64,000 bases of DNA from positions 8,886 through 72,885 of the forward strand of contig VGZD01000003.1 in NCBI GenBank assembly GCA_016872715.1, given 5' to 3'. Position numbers and translations under genes: made by a program. Within the stretch, counting starts at the first letter, position 1, and each line of letters begins with the position of its first letter. Below, piece by piece: positions 38,695-48,200 of this stretch. The notes under the pieces were generated by a model. That model searched no databases and was not told where the DNA came from. It saw only the letters and a program-made list of their open reading frames with translations. This DNA is from Planctomycetota bacterium (GTDB lineage: Bacteria > Planctomycetota > UBA1135 > GCA-002686595).

Positions 38695-39843
38695 TCACGA
38701 GCTCCTCCGCGCGACGCCGCTCCCCATCCCCCACATCGCCCACGCGCCTCCGACGCATGCGACCGCGATCATCGGCCAGTAGGCCAGCGCGCCATGACTC
38801 GCGTAGAGGCCTGTGATAGCGGAGATCACGAGCGCGTGGGCGCCGATGTTGAGCGCGCCGTAGAGGCTCTGCGCGCTCGCCGAGAGTTGCACGGGGACGA
38901 CGTGCTGGAGTCGCCGGATCACGGCGAGATGCGCGGCCGCGAAGGTGAACGCGTGCAGCCACTGCACGAGCGCGATCGCCGCGACGTCGGTCGTGCTCGC
39001 GAGCACGCTCCAGCGCACGGCGCCCGCGATGACCGCCGAGAGCATCAACGCACGCTCCGACCAACGCTCGTTCACGCGCCGCGCGAGCGCGAAGAAGATC
39101 GTCTCGGCGACGACCGCCTCGGCCCACAGCGCCCCGATCGTGGACGTCGAGAGCCCCGCGCGCTCCCAGTGCAGCGTCGAGAACAGGTAGTACATCGCGT
39201 GCGCGGACTGCACGATGCCGCCGCCGACGAGCAGTGCCAGCACGCGGCGGTCGCGGAACAGAGTGCCGAGCGGAAAGAGCTGCGGTGCGCGGCTCGTCGT
39301 TGGCGGATCCGCGGGCAGTCGCAGCGCGCTCGCCGCGGACAGTGCGAGCAGTCCCATCACGAGCCACCACGTGCGACCGAGCGAGCCGCCATCGAGGACC
39401 CAGCCGGCCCCCCAACTCGCCAGCAGGAAGGCGATCGAACCCCACAGGCGCGTCGAACCGTAGTCGAAACCGCGCTCGCGCGCCTGCAGCACGAGCAGGT
39501 TCTCGCCGAGCGGCAGCACGGGCGCATTCACGAGCGCGAACGCCAGCGTGACCGCGAGCAGCGAGGGAAACCCGCTCGCGAGCTGGAAGGGCGCGAAGGC
39601 CAGCAGCGACGTGCACGTGAACGCGACGAGCCAGCGCCGTCGATGTCCGCTGCGGTCGACGAAGTGCGCCCACAGCGGCGACGCGGCACCGCGCGCGCAC
39701 ATGTAGGCCATGCCGAGCAGGCCGATCTGCACTTCGCTCATGCCGCGGTGCGCGAGCCACGCGGGCCAGAACGGCACGTGCACGCCGAGCACGCCGAACG
39801 AGGCCGCCGTGAACGCGGCCAGACGAAACCGTTCGGAGTTCAT
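38695..39843 (-). CDS. MFS transporter (MFS_1_like / HcaT-like)
   Basis: 382-aa ORF with about 12 hydrophobic helices and 'FWPAWLAHRGMSEVQIGLLGMAYMCARGAASPLWAHFVDR'. Confidence 0.8.
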   Translation of the reverse strand: MNSERFRLAAFTAASFGVLGVHVPFWPAWLAHRGMSEVQIGLLGMAYMCARGAASPLWAHFVDRSGHRRRWLVAFTCTSLLAFAPFQLASGFPSLLAVTLAFALVNAPVLPLGENLLVLQARERGFDYGSTRLWGSIAFLLASWGAGWVLDGGSLGRTWWLVMGLLALSAASALRLPADPPTTSRAPQLFPLGTLFRDRRVLALLVGGGIVQSAHAMYYLFSTLHWERAGLSTSTIGALWAEAVVAETIFFALARRVNERWSERALMLSAVIAGAVRWSVLASTTDVAAIALVQWLHAFTFAAAHLAVIRRLQHVVPVQLSASAQSLYGALNIGAHALVISAITGLYASHGALAYWPMIAVACVGGAWAMWGMGSGVARRSS

Positions 39844-39901
39844 CGCGAAGTGCAGCGTAGGTTGGCGGCCGACCGTGCGTCCACGCGCCGACGCGAGCGC
39901 G

Positions 39902-40621
39902 TCACTCGCTCTCGCCGCCCTTGAACAACGGCAGGATCGTCGCGCGCAGCTTGCGATACAGCGCCGCGGTCGCGCGCACGTCGCGCAGGCAGTACTCGCC
40001 GATGTCCTCGATGCGTCCGTCTCGATAGCAGCGGCTCACCTGACTGCCGTCGATGCCACCCTTGGGGCTCTCGATGTCGAAACGTCGGCACCAATAGTCG
40101 AGCTTGTAGTTCTCGCGCACGGCGCCCTGGAAGTTCAGCACCTCGGCGATGTCGCAGTGGTCCGAGAGGTCGTAGCGATAGCCGACGAGCTGGCGGCTCG
40201 GCCGCACGCCGAGCTGCGCGGAGCGCGTCATCAGCATCGGCCCGTCGTAGTTGCGGCCGTTGAACGTGACGAGCACGGACCGCTCTCGGCCGACGATCTC
40301 CCAAAAGCGCGTCAGCAGCGCCCGCTCGTCGCCGCGAAAGATCTTGGAGCCCGGCACCTTCTCCCAACCGTGCTCCGGCGCGCTCTCGCCTTCGAGCAGC
40401 AGCAAGCCGCGATCGAGCTCCGCACCCTTGCCGTCCTTGCCGACGAGCCACATCCCGATGGCGATCACCTTGCCGAGCCCGGGCACGAGCGCCGTGCGCT
40501 CCGGCACCGCATCGCGCTCCTCGGACGACTTCGCGCGCGACAGCAGGTAGCCGCGCGTGATTTCGTCGACCTCCTCCCAAGGAAGCCCCGCCACCTCGAT
40601 ATCGAACACAATCGTCGGCAT
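39902..40621 (-). CDS. PolB-exonuclease-domain-like 3'-5' exonuclease
   Basis: 239-aa ORF with 'IVFDIEV' (ExoI), 'LVTFNGRNYDGPML' (ExoII) and 'YCLRDVRATAALY' (ExoIII-like). Confidence 0.7.
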   Translation of the reverse strand: MPTIVFDIEVAGLPWEEVDEITRGYLLSRAKSSEERDAVPERTALVPGLGKVIAIGMWLVGKDGKGAELDRGLLLLEGESAPEHGWEKVPGSKIFRGDERALLTRFWEIVGRERSVLVTFNGRNYDGPMLMTRSAQLGVRPSRQLVGYRYDLSDHCDIAEVLNFQGAVRENYKLDYWCRRFDIESPKGGIDGSQVSRCYRDGRIEDIGEYCLRDVRATAALYRKLRATILPLFKGGESE

Positions 40622-40648
40622 GGGGCGACACCTTAGCGAAACGCCGCG

Positions 40649-42403
40649 CTATTCGCGCCGGATCCGGTACACCTCGATCGTGTTGCCGTAGGCGTTCGCC
40701 TCGAACACGCGCAGCGCGAGGGGCTTGGCGCCGAGTTCCTGCGTATAGCGCAGCGCGAACTGGCCCCGCCCCGTGGCCGGATCGCCGATCGGCGAGGTGC
40801 GGAACACCAGCTCCTCGTGCTCGGCGAGTTGCTGGCGCGTCTTCGCCAGCAACACGTTGCGTGAGTCCTCGGAAGCAGCCTGCACGAGCACGTAGTCAGC
40901 GCCGAGCGAGCGCAGGTGCGCGAGCGGGTCGTCACCGAACTCTTCCTGAGCGCGCTTGGGCGACTTGGGGATCACGATGCGATAGCAGGCCCCTGTGCGC
41001 ATGCTCGCGGGGATCTCGCGCGCGTAGCGAGCCCAATAGTTGATCTCCTCCGCGCGACCCGACTGCCGCAGCGACTCCTCATCCTTGAAGAGCGGCACAT
41101 CGATGTAGGGCACGGTGTAGACGCTCGCCTGCGGATCGACGTGGGCCTGAATCCAGCGCGCCACCTGCGTCCACGTATCGGGCGCGGCGCGCACGCTCGA
41201 GAGCTTCCATGCCGCGGCGGCCGCCGGAGCCACGGCGAGCAGCGCGAGCACCGTCAGCGCGGACGCGCTTCGCAGCGCGTGGGGCAACGTGCGAGCGATT
41301 CGGACGGCGCCGTAGGCGGCGAGGCAGGCGACGCAGGCGACCGCCGGCATCAAGAAACGCTCGAATGTCACCTTGGCGTCGTAGGCGACGAGCACGAACA
41401 GGAACGGCAGCGCGAAACCGAGCAGCACGGCGAGCGCGCGGCGGCGCTGCGGATCGGCGACCGCGCCGCGCAGGCGATCCGCGACGAAGAACCCGATGCC
41501 GATGAGCCCGAACACGAGCAGGCTCGGGTCGTAGCTCATCAGAGTCGAAAGCACGACCTTCCAGCCGCTGAAGACGAAACCCTTGAGGAACATCGGGTGT
41601 CCAGCGAGGTCGAGCACCGCCTCGCGGCCCTGCAGCTCGTGTTCGGGCGGCTGAGCGACGCCGTCGACGAAGTGGAACGGATAGAAGAAGCGTACGCACA
41701 GACCGCCCACCACCAGCAGCAGCGGAATGGCGGCTGCGAGCGCCGCGCGCGGACGCGGGCGGTCCAGCCACCACAGGCACCACAGCACGCCGAGCGCTCC
41801 GAGCGCGATCGCTCCGCTCTGCAGCGTGCATGCGGCGAGCACCGCGGCCACGACCGCGAGCAGCATGCGCGGCGCGCTCGGACGCTCCGCGAGCCACAGG
41901 GCCGCGGCGAGAGCCAGCGCGACGGTGCCGCTCACCGGACCATGTGGCTTCTCCTGCTGCGAGAACGACAGATGCAGCAAGCTCGTCGCCGCGAACCCCG
42001 CCGCCAGCAGCGATCCTCCCGCTCCGAGGAAGCGTCGCGCGATCCAATACGCACCGACGACGGTCAGCAGCGAGAGCAGCACCGAGGCGCGGCGCAGCGC
42101 GATCCAAGGCGCCGCCGCGCGCGCCACGTGTCCCTCGAGGTCGAGCGGTCGCTCGAGCGGCGCCAAGTCCGCGTCGGAGAACAGCGCGGCGAAGCGCGCG
42201 GTCACCTGCGGGTAGTAGCCCCAGAACTCGTCCGTGCGCAGCTCCGGATCGCCCGTGCGGATCTCCTTCACCTGCGTGTACAGGACCATGCCGTCGCGGT
42301 AGGTCATGTGCGGCAGGCCGAAACCGATGCCATGCAGCCGCAGCGCGAGCGCCGCGAGCACGATTGCGAGGAGCGCCACTCCCTCGCGCATGCGAGCGCT
42401 CAT
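40649..42403 (-). CDS. GT-C fold (ArnT/PMT-like) membrane glycosyltransferase, paralogue B
   Basis: ATG at 42403 in ORF 40649..42517. 'GFGLPHMTYRDG', 'RTDEFWGYYP' (loop-1 acidic motif), more than 10 TM helices, and a soluble C-terminal domain of about 170 aa. Confidence 0.7.
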   Translation of the reverse strand: MSARMREGVALLAIVLAALALRLHGIGFGLPHMTYRDGMVLYTQVKEIRTGDPELRTDEFWGYYPQVTARFAALFSDADLAPLERPLDLEGHVARAAAPWIALRRASVLLSLLTVVGAYWIARRFLGAGGSLLAAGFAATSLLHLSFSQQEKPHGPVSGTVALALAAALWLAERPSAPRMLLAVVAAVLAACTLQSGAIALGALGVLWCLWWLDRPRPRAALAAAIPLLLVVGGLCVRFFYPFHFVDGVAQPPEHELQGREAVLDLAGHPMFLKGFVFSGWKVVLSTLMSYDPSLLVFGLIGIGFFVADRLRGAVADPQRRRALAVLLGFALPFLFVLVAYDAKVTFERFLMPAVACVACLAAYGAVRIARTLPHALRSASALTVLALLAVAPAAAAAWKLSSVRAAPDTWTQVARWIQAHVDPQASVYTVPYIDVPLFKDEESLRQSGRAEEINYWARYAREIPASMRTGACYRIVIPKSPKRAQEEFGDDPLAHLRSLGADYVLVQAASEDSRNVLLAKTRQQLAEHEELVFRTSPIGDPATGRGQFALRYTQELGAKPLALRVFEANAYGNTIEVYRIRRE

Positions 42404-44145
42404 CGCGGCTCCCCCTTCGGCATGCGGTAGATCTCGAGCACGGTGCCCATGCTGCGGTCTTGGAATACGCGCAGCCACGTCGGCACCTGCGCGAGCGTCA
42501 TCTTCTCCCGGATCCACACCCGCCCCGATTCCTCGCCGTCCGCGCGCGGCGAAGCGACGAAGACGCGCTCCGCGCGCTCACGCAGCTCGTCGAGCAGTTG
42601 CAGGAGCACCTTGTAGCGGTAGCGCTCGCCGAACGATTGGATGAGCACGTAGTCCGCGCCGCGGCGCGCGATGGCCTCGAACGGAGCATCGCCGAGCTGC
42701 GCGAATTCCTGCTTCACGCCGCGCGGCGGCAGGACCGTGAAGGACGGCCCGAGCCTGCTCTTTGCGTCGAGGCGCGCCTGATATGCCATCCACGTGAGCA
42801 CCGCGCTCGCGTCCGGGCTCTCGGCGACCGCGGCCGCGCTGTAGAAGAGCGGCAAGTCGACGTAGGGCAGCACCACGACGCGCTCCTCGGGCTGCACATG
42901 CTCGCGAATCCAGCGCGCCGCCTGCGACTGCGTGTCGTCCGCAGCGCGCACTCTCGCGAGTTGAAGCGTGGCGGCCGCCGGAAGGACGAGCAGAGTGGCG
43001 GCGAGCGCCGCCATGGCCGTGCGCGAACTCAGGCGGCTGGCGAGCGCGCTCGCCGCGTAGGCCGCGAGCGCCGCGAGGAACGGGAAGAGCGGCATCAGGA
43101 AGCGATCGAACGCGTCTTCGTAGACGCACACAAACAGCCCGTAGATGGCGACGAACGGCACGATCACGAGGAAATCTCGCCGGCGCTCGACGGGCACGAC
43201 CACCTTGGCGCGGCGGCGCGCCACGAACACGATCACGCCGACAAGTCCCAGCGCGAGCACGACCGGCTCGTACAGGTACAGCGTGAGGAACATGTTCTTG
43301 GAGCCCGCGAAGTTGAGCTTGTTGAGCATCAGCGGGTGATTGCCGACGTTGAGCGCGTGATCGCCGAGCTTCTCCTGCTCTTGCGCCCCGAACAGGAACG
43401 GATAGAAGAAGCGCACGGTCGCGGCAAGCGCGAGCACGGTCGGGACGATCCCCCAGCCGACGAGCTTCCACGCTCGCGCGCGCTCCGTGCGCGCGAGGAA
43501 CATCGCCGCGACGGCTCCGGCCGCGGAAAACAGCGCGAAGGCACCGTTCACCGCCGTAGCGAGCGCCAACGCCATCGCGAGCGTGGCGAGCAGCCACGTC
43601 CACGCGCCCGGTCGCCGTGCGAGTGCCATCGCGGCGAGCACGGCCATGACCACGGTTCCGCTCACGGGACCGTGCGGCTTCTCTTGCTGGGCGAACGAGA
43701 GGTGAAAGATGCTGAACGTCACGAGCGCAGCCGCGAACAGCGCCCAGCCGTCGAGCACGAAACGGCGCGCCACGAAGAAGGCTCCGGGGATCGCGAGCAG
43801 CGAGAGCAGCACCGACAACTTGCGCGCCATGAGCCACGGCTCGGAGGCGCGCGCGAGGTGTCCCTCGAGATCGAGCGGCTCGCGCGGCTCCCCCACCCAG
43901 TCGTCCGGCGCCGCCGCGATCAGCCGCGACATCAGGTGCGGGTAGTAGCCCCAGAACTCGTCGCGCTCGGGGTGCTCCGGCATGTTGCGCAGGTACTCGA
44001 CCTGCGTGGAGATCACCATGCCGTCGCGGTACGTCTGGTGCGGCAGTCCCCAGCCGACGCCCCACCAGCGCAGGGCGAATCCGACGAGCACGAGCGCGAG
44101 CAGCGCCAGCAGCACGAGCGGGCGAGGGCGCGTGGTCTCTCTCAT
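42400..44145 (-). CDS. GT-C fold (ArnT/PMT-like) membrane glycosyltransferase, paralogue A
   Basis: ATG at 44145 in ORF 42400..45078. Motifs 'GWGLPHQTYRDG', 'ERDEFWGYYP' and 'QQEKPHGPVSGT' are shared with paralogue B. ATGA overlap with the next gene. Confidence 0.7.
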   Translation of the reverse strand: MRETTRPRPLVLLALLALVLVGFALRWWGVGWGLPHQTYRDGMVISTQVEYLRNMPEHPERDEFWGYYPHLMSRLIAAAPDDWVGEPREPLDLEGHLARASEPWLMARKLSVLLSLLAIPGAFFVARRFVLDGWALFAAALVTFSIFHLSFAQQEKPHGPVSGTVVMAVLAAMALARRPGAWTWLLATLAMALALATAVNGAFALFSAAGAVAAMFLARTERARAWKLVGWGIVPTVLALAATVRFFYPFLFGAQEQEKLGDHALNVGNHPLMLNKLNFAGSKNMFLTLYLYEPVVLALGLVGVIVFVARRRAKVVVPVERRRDFLVIVPFVAIYGLFVCVYEDAFDRFLMPLFPFLAALAAYAASALASRLSSRTAMAALAATLLVLPAAATLQLARVRAADDTQSQAARWIREHVQPEERVVVLPYVDLPLFYSAAAVAESPDASAVLTWMAYQARLDAKSRLGPSFTVLPPRGVKQEFAQLGDAPFEAIARRGADYVLIQSFGERYRYKVLLQLLDELRERAERVFVASPRADGEESGRVWIREKMTLAQVPTWLRVFQDRSMGTVLEIYRMPKGEPR

Positions 44146-44225
44146 GGGGCCACGGGGGAGCTTAGGGCGCGTGAGCCACAATCGCACGAGCAGGCCGCGC
44201 CAGCTCGGTCGCACTCCCTCGGTGC

Positions 44226-46457
44226 TCAGGACGCGCGCACGCCGCGCGTGGCCAGCCGCACAGCGCGTTGACGTCGCAACTGCGCGAATGCGAGCAGCGC
44301 CATCAACGCCGGAATCCAACCCGCGTTCGCGAGCCGGTCCCCCAACTGCATCGGTGGCGCGCCCACGACGCTGCCGCACCCGCCGCCGCCACCCGAGCCG
44401 GAGCTCGACCGGAACTCGAACGCTCCGGCGAGCAGCGTGACTTGGCCGGTCTGGGTATCGCGCACGGCGACCGTCACGTCGCCCTCCGCGCCCGAGGGAC
44501 TGATCGCCTCGATGCGTCCGTCGTCGATCCACGTGACGCCCGCGGCGAGCGTTCCGCCCGTGCCCGTGTCGGCGTCCATGCCGAACAGCACTTCGCAGCC
44601 CTGCTGCAGGTGAGCTCCATCGATGCCCACGATCGTCCCGCCCGCGGTCGGCCCGCTCGACGGTGACACTTGCGCGATCACGGGGTCGGCCTGCGCGACG
44701 TACAGGAACGCGGCGCTCGCGACGTCGCCATCGGCATCTTCGATTTCGAGCACCGCCGCTCCGCCCGCGAAGCCGGGCTGCGTCACAAAGTGCAGGAAGC
44801 CCGCGTCGCGGATCGTGACGTCGGTCTGCACGACGCCGTCGATGCGCACGACCAGCGGAGCCACGAGCCCCGCGCCGCTCACCTTGACGACCGTACCGCC
44901 CACGTCGCTGCCGACCGCGGGGAACACCCCGTCGATCTGCGGCACGTCGACGAACTCGAACGCTCCCGACGCGCGACCCTCGACTCCGCTCGCGTCCTGA
45001 ACGACCACGTCGAACGCTCCGCCGGTGGCAGCAGCTCGCGTCACGAGCGTGATCGTGTTCGCGTCGACGACGGTGCAACCACCTGCCACGCCGTCGCTGT
45101 AGAGCTCGTGTCCGAGCACGACCGTCGCGCCCGCGCGGAAGTCACTACCCGCGATCGTGACCAGCGTGCCACCACTCAGCGATCCCTGCGAGGGCGAGAC
45201 GAGCGTGAGCACGGGATCGACGGGCGTGATCTCGATCGCACCGGCGAGCACCGAGAGTGCGCCGTTGCGCAACTCGAGATCGACGTGTCCGAGCGGCTCG
45301 TCGGCGGGCACGTTGACGACGAAGCTGACGCTGGTCGTCCCGATCCACGCGATGTTCGAGAGCGTCACCGACGGATCGCTGCTCACGAGCGAGGCTCCCG
45401 CGCCCATGCCCGCGCCGCGCAGCACGTGAACGCTGGCGCGTCCGCGCTCCGCCCGCAGGGGGAAGTCGTCGTAATTCCGTCCGAGCGAGACGGGCGAGTC
45501 CACTCCGACGAGCAGTGAGCCCACGCTGGCGCTCGCTCCGCTTCCGACGCCGATCGAGACGCCTTCCCGCGGCTGGAAGTCCGTCACAATCGTGCGCGCG
45601 CCGCCCAGATTTCCGGCCGAGACCGGCGCATCGAGCGGCGTGGCGAAGAGCGTGTAGCTACCCGCGGCGAGTCCGCGCAAGGCGAAGGTGCCGTCGTCCC
45701 CGGAGAGGGCCGCGCCGGCGTTGCGACCCTGTGCGTCGCGCGCGATGACGTGCGCGCCCGCCACAGCGGTGAGATCGGTGTCGCGCAGGACCGTGCCCGT
45801 GATCGTGCTCATGCTCGCGCCGGACTCGGGAGCATTGGCGCGAATGCCGTTCGCGTCGTCGATCGCGACGCTGCGATGGCCGATGACGGTCGGACTGACG
45901 TACGGATAGAGCGTCGCACCCGCCACGCCCGAGTGGTCGAGACCGAGCAGGTGACCGAGCTCGTGCGCGGCGACGTCTTGCACGTCGAATGCTCCGATCT
46001 CGCCGCGGGTCGTGAACTGGTGCCCCGATCCGTTGAACAGGATGTCCGCGTCCGCGATGCGTCCGTTCGAGAAGAACTGCACCGGCGTGAGCGCGACGGT
46101 CGACGATCCCGGCGGGAAATAGCCCGACGAGTTGTCCTCGTCGAACAGGATCAGATGCAGCGCGTCGGCCTGCCAGTCCGTGCGCGCGCGCGCCACCGAC
46201 GAGGTGTTCTCGACGAGCTGCACCGCGCTGCCATCGACGCGATTCCACTGTGCGATCGCGAGCCGCAGCGCGGGCACGTGCTCGTCCCTCGCGAGGTCAT
46301 CCGAACCCTGCGAGTTGATCACGATCCCGATGCTCCCCGGGGTTTCCCAGAACAGCTCGGCTCCGTTGGAGGGGTTGCGCAGTCGCACGTGCGTCGAGGC
46401 GAACGTCGCGAGGAGCACGACGGCGGGCAGCGCGAGCAAGCGTAGGCGGACGGCCAT
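44226..46457 (-). CDS. Secreted matrixin-like (metzincin) zinc protease with CarboxypepD_reg and IPT/TIG repeats and a C-terminal anchor
   Basis: 743-aa ORF with a signal peptide and 'VAAHELGHLLGLDHS' (HExxHxxGxxH). It has repeated beta-sandwich modules. The C-terminus is 'GGGGGCGS...WIPALMALLAFAQLRRQR'. Confidence 0.8.
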   Translation of the reverse strand: MAVRLRLLALPAVVLLATFASTHVRLRNPSNGAELFWETPGSIGIVINSQGSDDLARDEHVPALRLAIAQWNRVDGSAVQLVENTSSVARARTDWQADALHLILFDEDNSSGYFPPGSSTVALTPVQFFSNGRIADADILFNGSGHQFTTRGEIGAFDVQDVAAHELGHLLGLDHSGVAGATLYPYVSPTVIGHRSVAIDDANGIRANAPESGASMSTITGTVLRDTDLTAVAGAHVIARDAQGRNAGAALSGDDGTFALRGLAAGSYTLFATPLDAPVSAGNLGGARTIVTDFQPREGVSIGVGSGASASVGSLLVGVDSPVSLGRNYDDFPLRAERGRASVHVLRGAGMGAGASLVSSDPSVTLSNIAWIGTTSVSFVVNVPADEPLGHVDLELRNGALSVLAGAIEITPVDPVLTLVSPSQGSLSGGTLVTIAGSDFRAGATVVLGHELYSDGVAGGCTVVDANTITLVTRAAATGGAFDVVVQDASGVEGRASGAFEFVDVPQIDGVFPAVGSDVGGTVVKVSGAGLVAPLVVRIDGVVQTDVTIRDAGFLHFVTQPGFAGGAAVLEIEDADGDVASAAFLYVAQADPVIAQVSPSSGPTAGGTIVGIDGAHLQQGCEVLFGMDADTGTGGTLAAGVTWIDDGRIEAISPSGAEGDVTVAVRDTQTGQVTLLAGAFEFRSSSGSGGGGGCGSVVGAPPMQLGDRLANAGWIPALMALLAFAQLRRQRAVRLATRGVRAS

Positions 46458-46459
46458 GT

Positions 46460-47053
46460 TCAGCGCGCCTCCCCGCGGGCGCGCGCGCTGCGCACGCGTC
46501 GCACGACGTCGGCATGGTCGAGCATCGAGGGACTAGGAGCGGGTGCGCTCAGGCCGCTCACGGGATCGAGCAGCGTGAGCTCGGCGGCGTCGCGCAGCAG
46601 CCCGAGCCGCCCGGCGGCATCGCGCACCAGACGCAGCTTGCCCTGCGCCAGTCCGACCGGCACGCGCAGCCCGCTGGCGCTCTCGCCGGTCAGAAACAGC
46701 AGCGCGTCCTCGCCCAGCGCGAGCGTCGGCATGCCGGCGATGAGTGTGCCCGACCCGTCGGCCAGCACGCCGCCGGGGAGCTCGAAACGCCGCGTGCCGA
46801 GCGGCTCACCGGCATGGGTCGCGTCGACGCTCAGCAAGAACTCGGTGCGGACGTCGCCGCGCGCATCGCGGAAAGCGCGCGTCGAGAGCACGCGTCCCTC
46901 GACGACCAGTTCCGAACGCTGCGCGAGCTGTTCGATCTCCAGACGCACGGCGGTTCCGGCCTCGAGGGAACTCGGCCGCGTGAGTCGGAGGGCGAGCAGC
47001 GCTGCGATCGCGAGCAGCCCACAGGAGAGTGCGACGGGGCGGTGGAGGTTCAT
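46460..47053 (-). CDS. Hypothetical secreted protein
   Basis: ATG at 47053 in ORF 46460..47266. Signal anchor 'VALSCGLLAIAALLALRL'. Its stop lies 2 nt before the protease start. Confidence 0.5.
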   Translation of the reverse strand: MNLHRPVALSCGLLAIAALLALRLTRPSSLEAGTAVRLEIEQLAQRSELVVEGRVLSTRAFRDARGDVRTEFLLSVDATHAGEPLGTRRFELPGGVLADGSGTLIAGMPTLALGEDALLFLTGESASGLRVPVGLAQGKLRLVRDAAGRLGLLRDAAELTLLDPVSGLSAPAPSPSMLDHADVVRRVRSARARGEAR

Positions 47054-47283
47054 GCGGAGGTCTCCGGTGCGATGAGCGGCCGGATGGGGCCGCTGCAGGG
47101 CGAGTTTTCGTCCCTTCCCGTCGGCGCCCTTGATCGCACCCCCCGGATTCGTGAGCGCGACCTCGATTGGGCTCAAGAAATCAGCCCCGGGCGCGCCGAA
47201 ATCAGTCGCTGGTCGACCGCGGGCACGACGTGTGCCCGCGCCCGCTCCCACCGCGCCGACTCCCACCTGCTTCGCCCGACCGC

Positions 47284-48129
47284 ATGACGACGCTCACCGC
47301 CGAAGGCCTGATCCGCGCGAACGTCGCCATCCCGACGCTGCCGCAGGTCGTCGCGCGCATCAACGCGCTGGTCGACGACCCGGAAGTCGGTGTGCGCGAG
47401 ATCGGCGCCGCGGTGGCCGAGGACGCACCCATCGCGGCCTCCGTCCTGCGGCTCGCAAACTCCGCGCGCTACGGGCTGCGCGAGAAGGTGCTCTCCACGG
47501 AGCATGCGACCGCCGTGCTCGGCGTGCGCATGCTGCGCACGATCGCCATGCAGGCCTCGGTCGTCAGCCACTACGACCATCTGCGCGGTCAGGCGGACTT
47601 CAGCGTGGAGGCGCTGTGGCGCCATTCGATCCTCGATGGGTTCGCGTGCTGCCTGCTCGCGACGCACTCCCGCGCGCGCATCGAGCTCGCGCCCGAGGAA
47701 TTTCAAGTCGTGGGCCTGCTGCACGACATCGGCAAGGTGCTGCTGCTCGAGAGCAGCGCCGAGCCCTACCTCGCCTGCGTCCGCGAGGCCCGCGAGCGCG
47801 GCGTGCCCGAGTTCCGCGCCGAAGAGGCTCGCTTCGGCTTCCACCACGGCGAGGTGGGAGCCCTGATCGCAAGCTCATGGGGACTGCCGCGGCTGGTCGC
47901 CGAGTGCTGTCGCTACCACCACGGTCCGAGCAAGCGCCTGCTCGCCTCCCCCACCCTCGCGCTGGTCGCACTCGGCAACCTGATGGTCCACCGCCTCGAA
48001 GACGGCGACCTCCGCGGGGCCGCGGCCGTGTTCAGCCCCGAGGCTCGCGCGCTGCTGTGCCTGAGCTCCGAGCACGTCGCCGACGTCGTAGAGCGCACCG
48101 AGGCCATGCGGCCTCAGATCACGGTCTAG
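47284..48129 (+). CDS. HDOD-domain signalling protein
   Basis: ATG at 47284 in ORF 47167..48129. Motifs: 'IPTLPQVVARINALVDDP', 'ASVLRLANSARYG', 'GLLHDIGKVLL' and 'FGFHHGEVGALIASSWGLP'. Confidence 0.8.
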   Translation: MTTLTAEGLIRANVAIPTLPQVVARINALVDDPEVGVREIGAAVAEDAPIAASVLRLANSARYGLREKVLSTEHATAVLGVRMLRTIAMQASVVSHYDHLRGQADFSVEALWRHSILDGFACCLLATHSRARIELAPEEFQVVGLLHDIGKVLLLESSAEPYLACVREARERGVPEFRAEEARFGFHHGEVGALIASSWGLPRLVAECCRYHHGPSKRLLASPTLALVALGNLMVHRLEDGDLRGAAAVFSPEARALLCLSSEHVADVVERTEAMRPQITV

Positions 48130-48146
48130 GCGCACTTCGCAGCCGC

Positions 48147-48200
48147 GCGCAGGTACTTCCCCGCAGGTACGTCCCCGCAGGTACGTCTCCGCAAGTACTC
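48147..48200. repeat. 14-bp tandem repeat of about 4 degenerate copies (ccgcaggtacgtcc)
   Basis: Read directly at 48147, 48161, 48175 and 48189, immediately after the HDOD stop codon. Confidence 0.8.

Noticed and set aside
38591-39760. 389-aa minus-strand ORF overlapping the MFS gene
   Set aside because: It has shadow-frame composition across the MFS overlap. Only its last 35 codons look protein-like, and these are reported separately as a low-interest finding.
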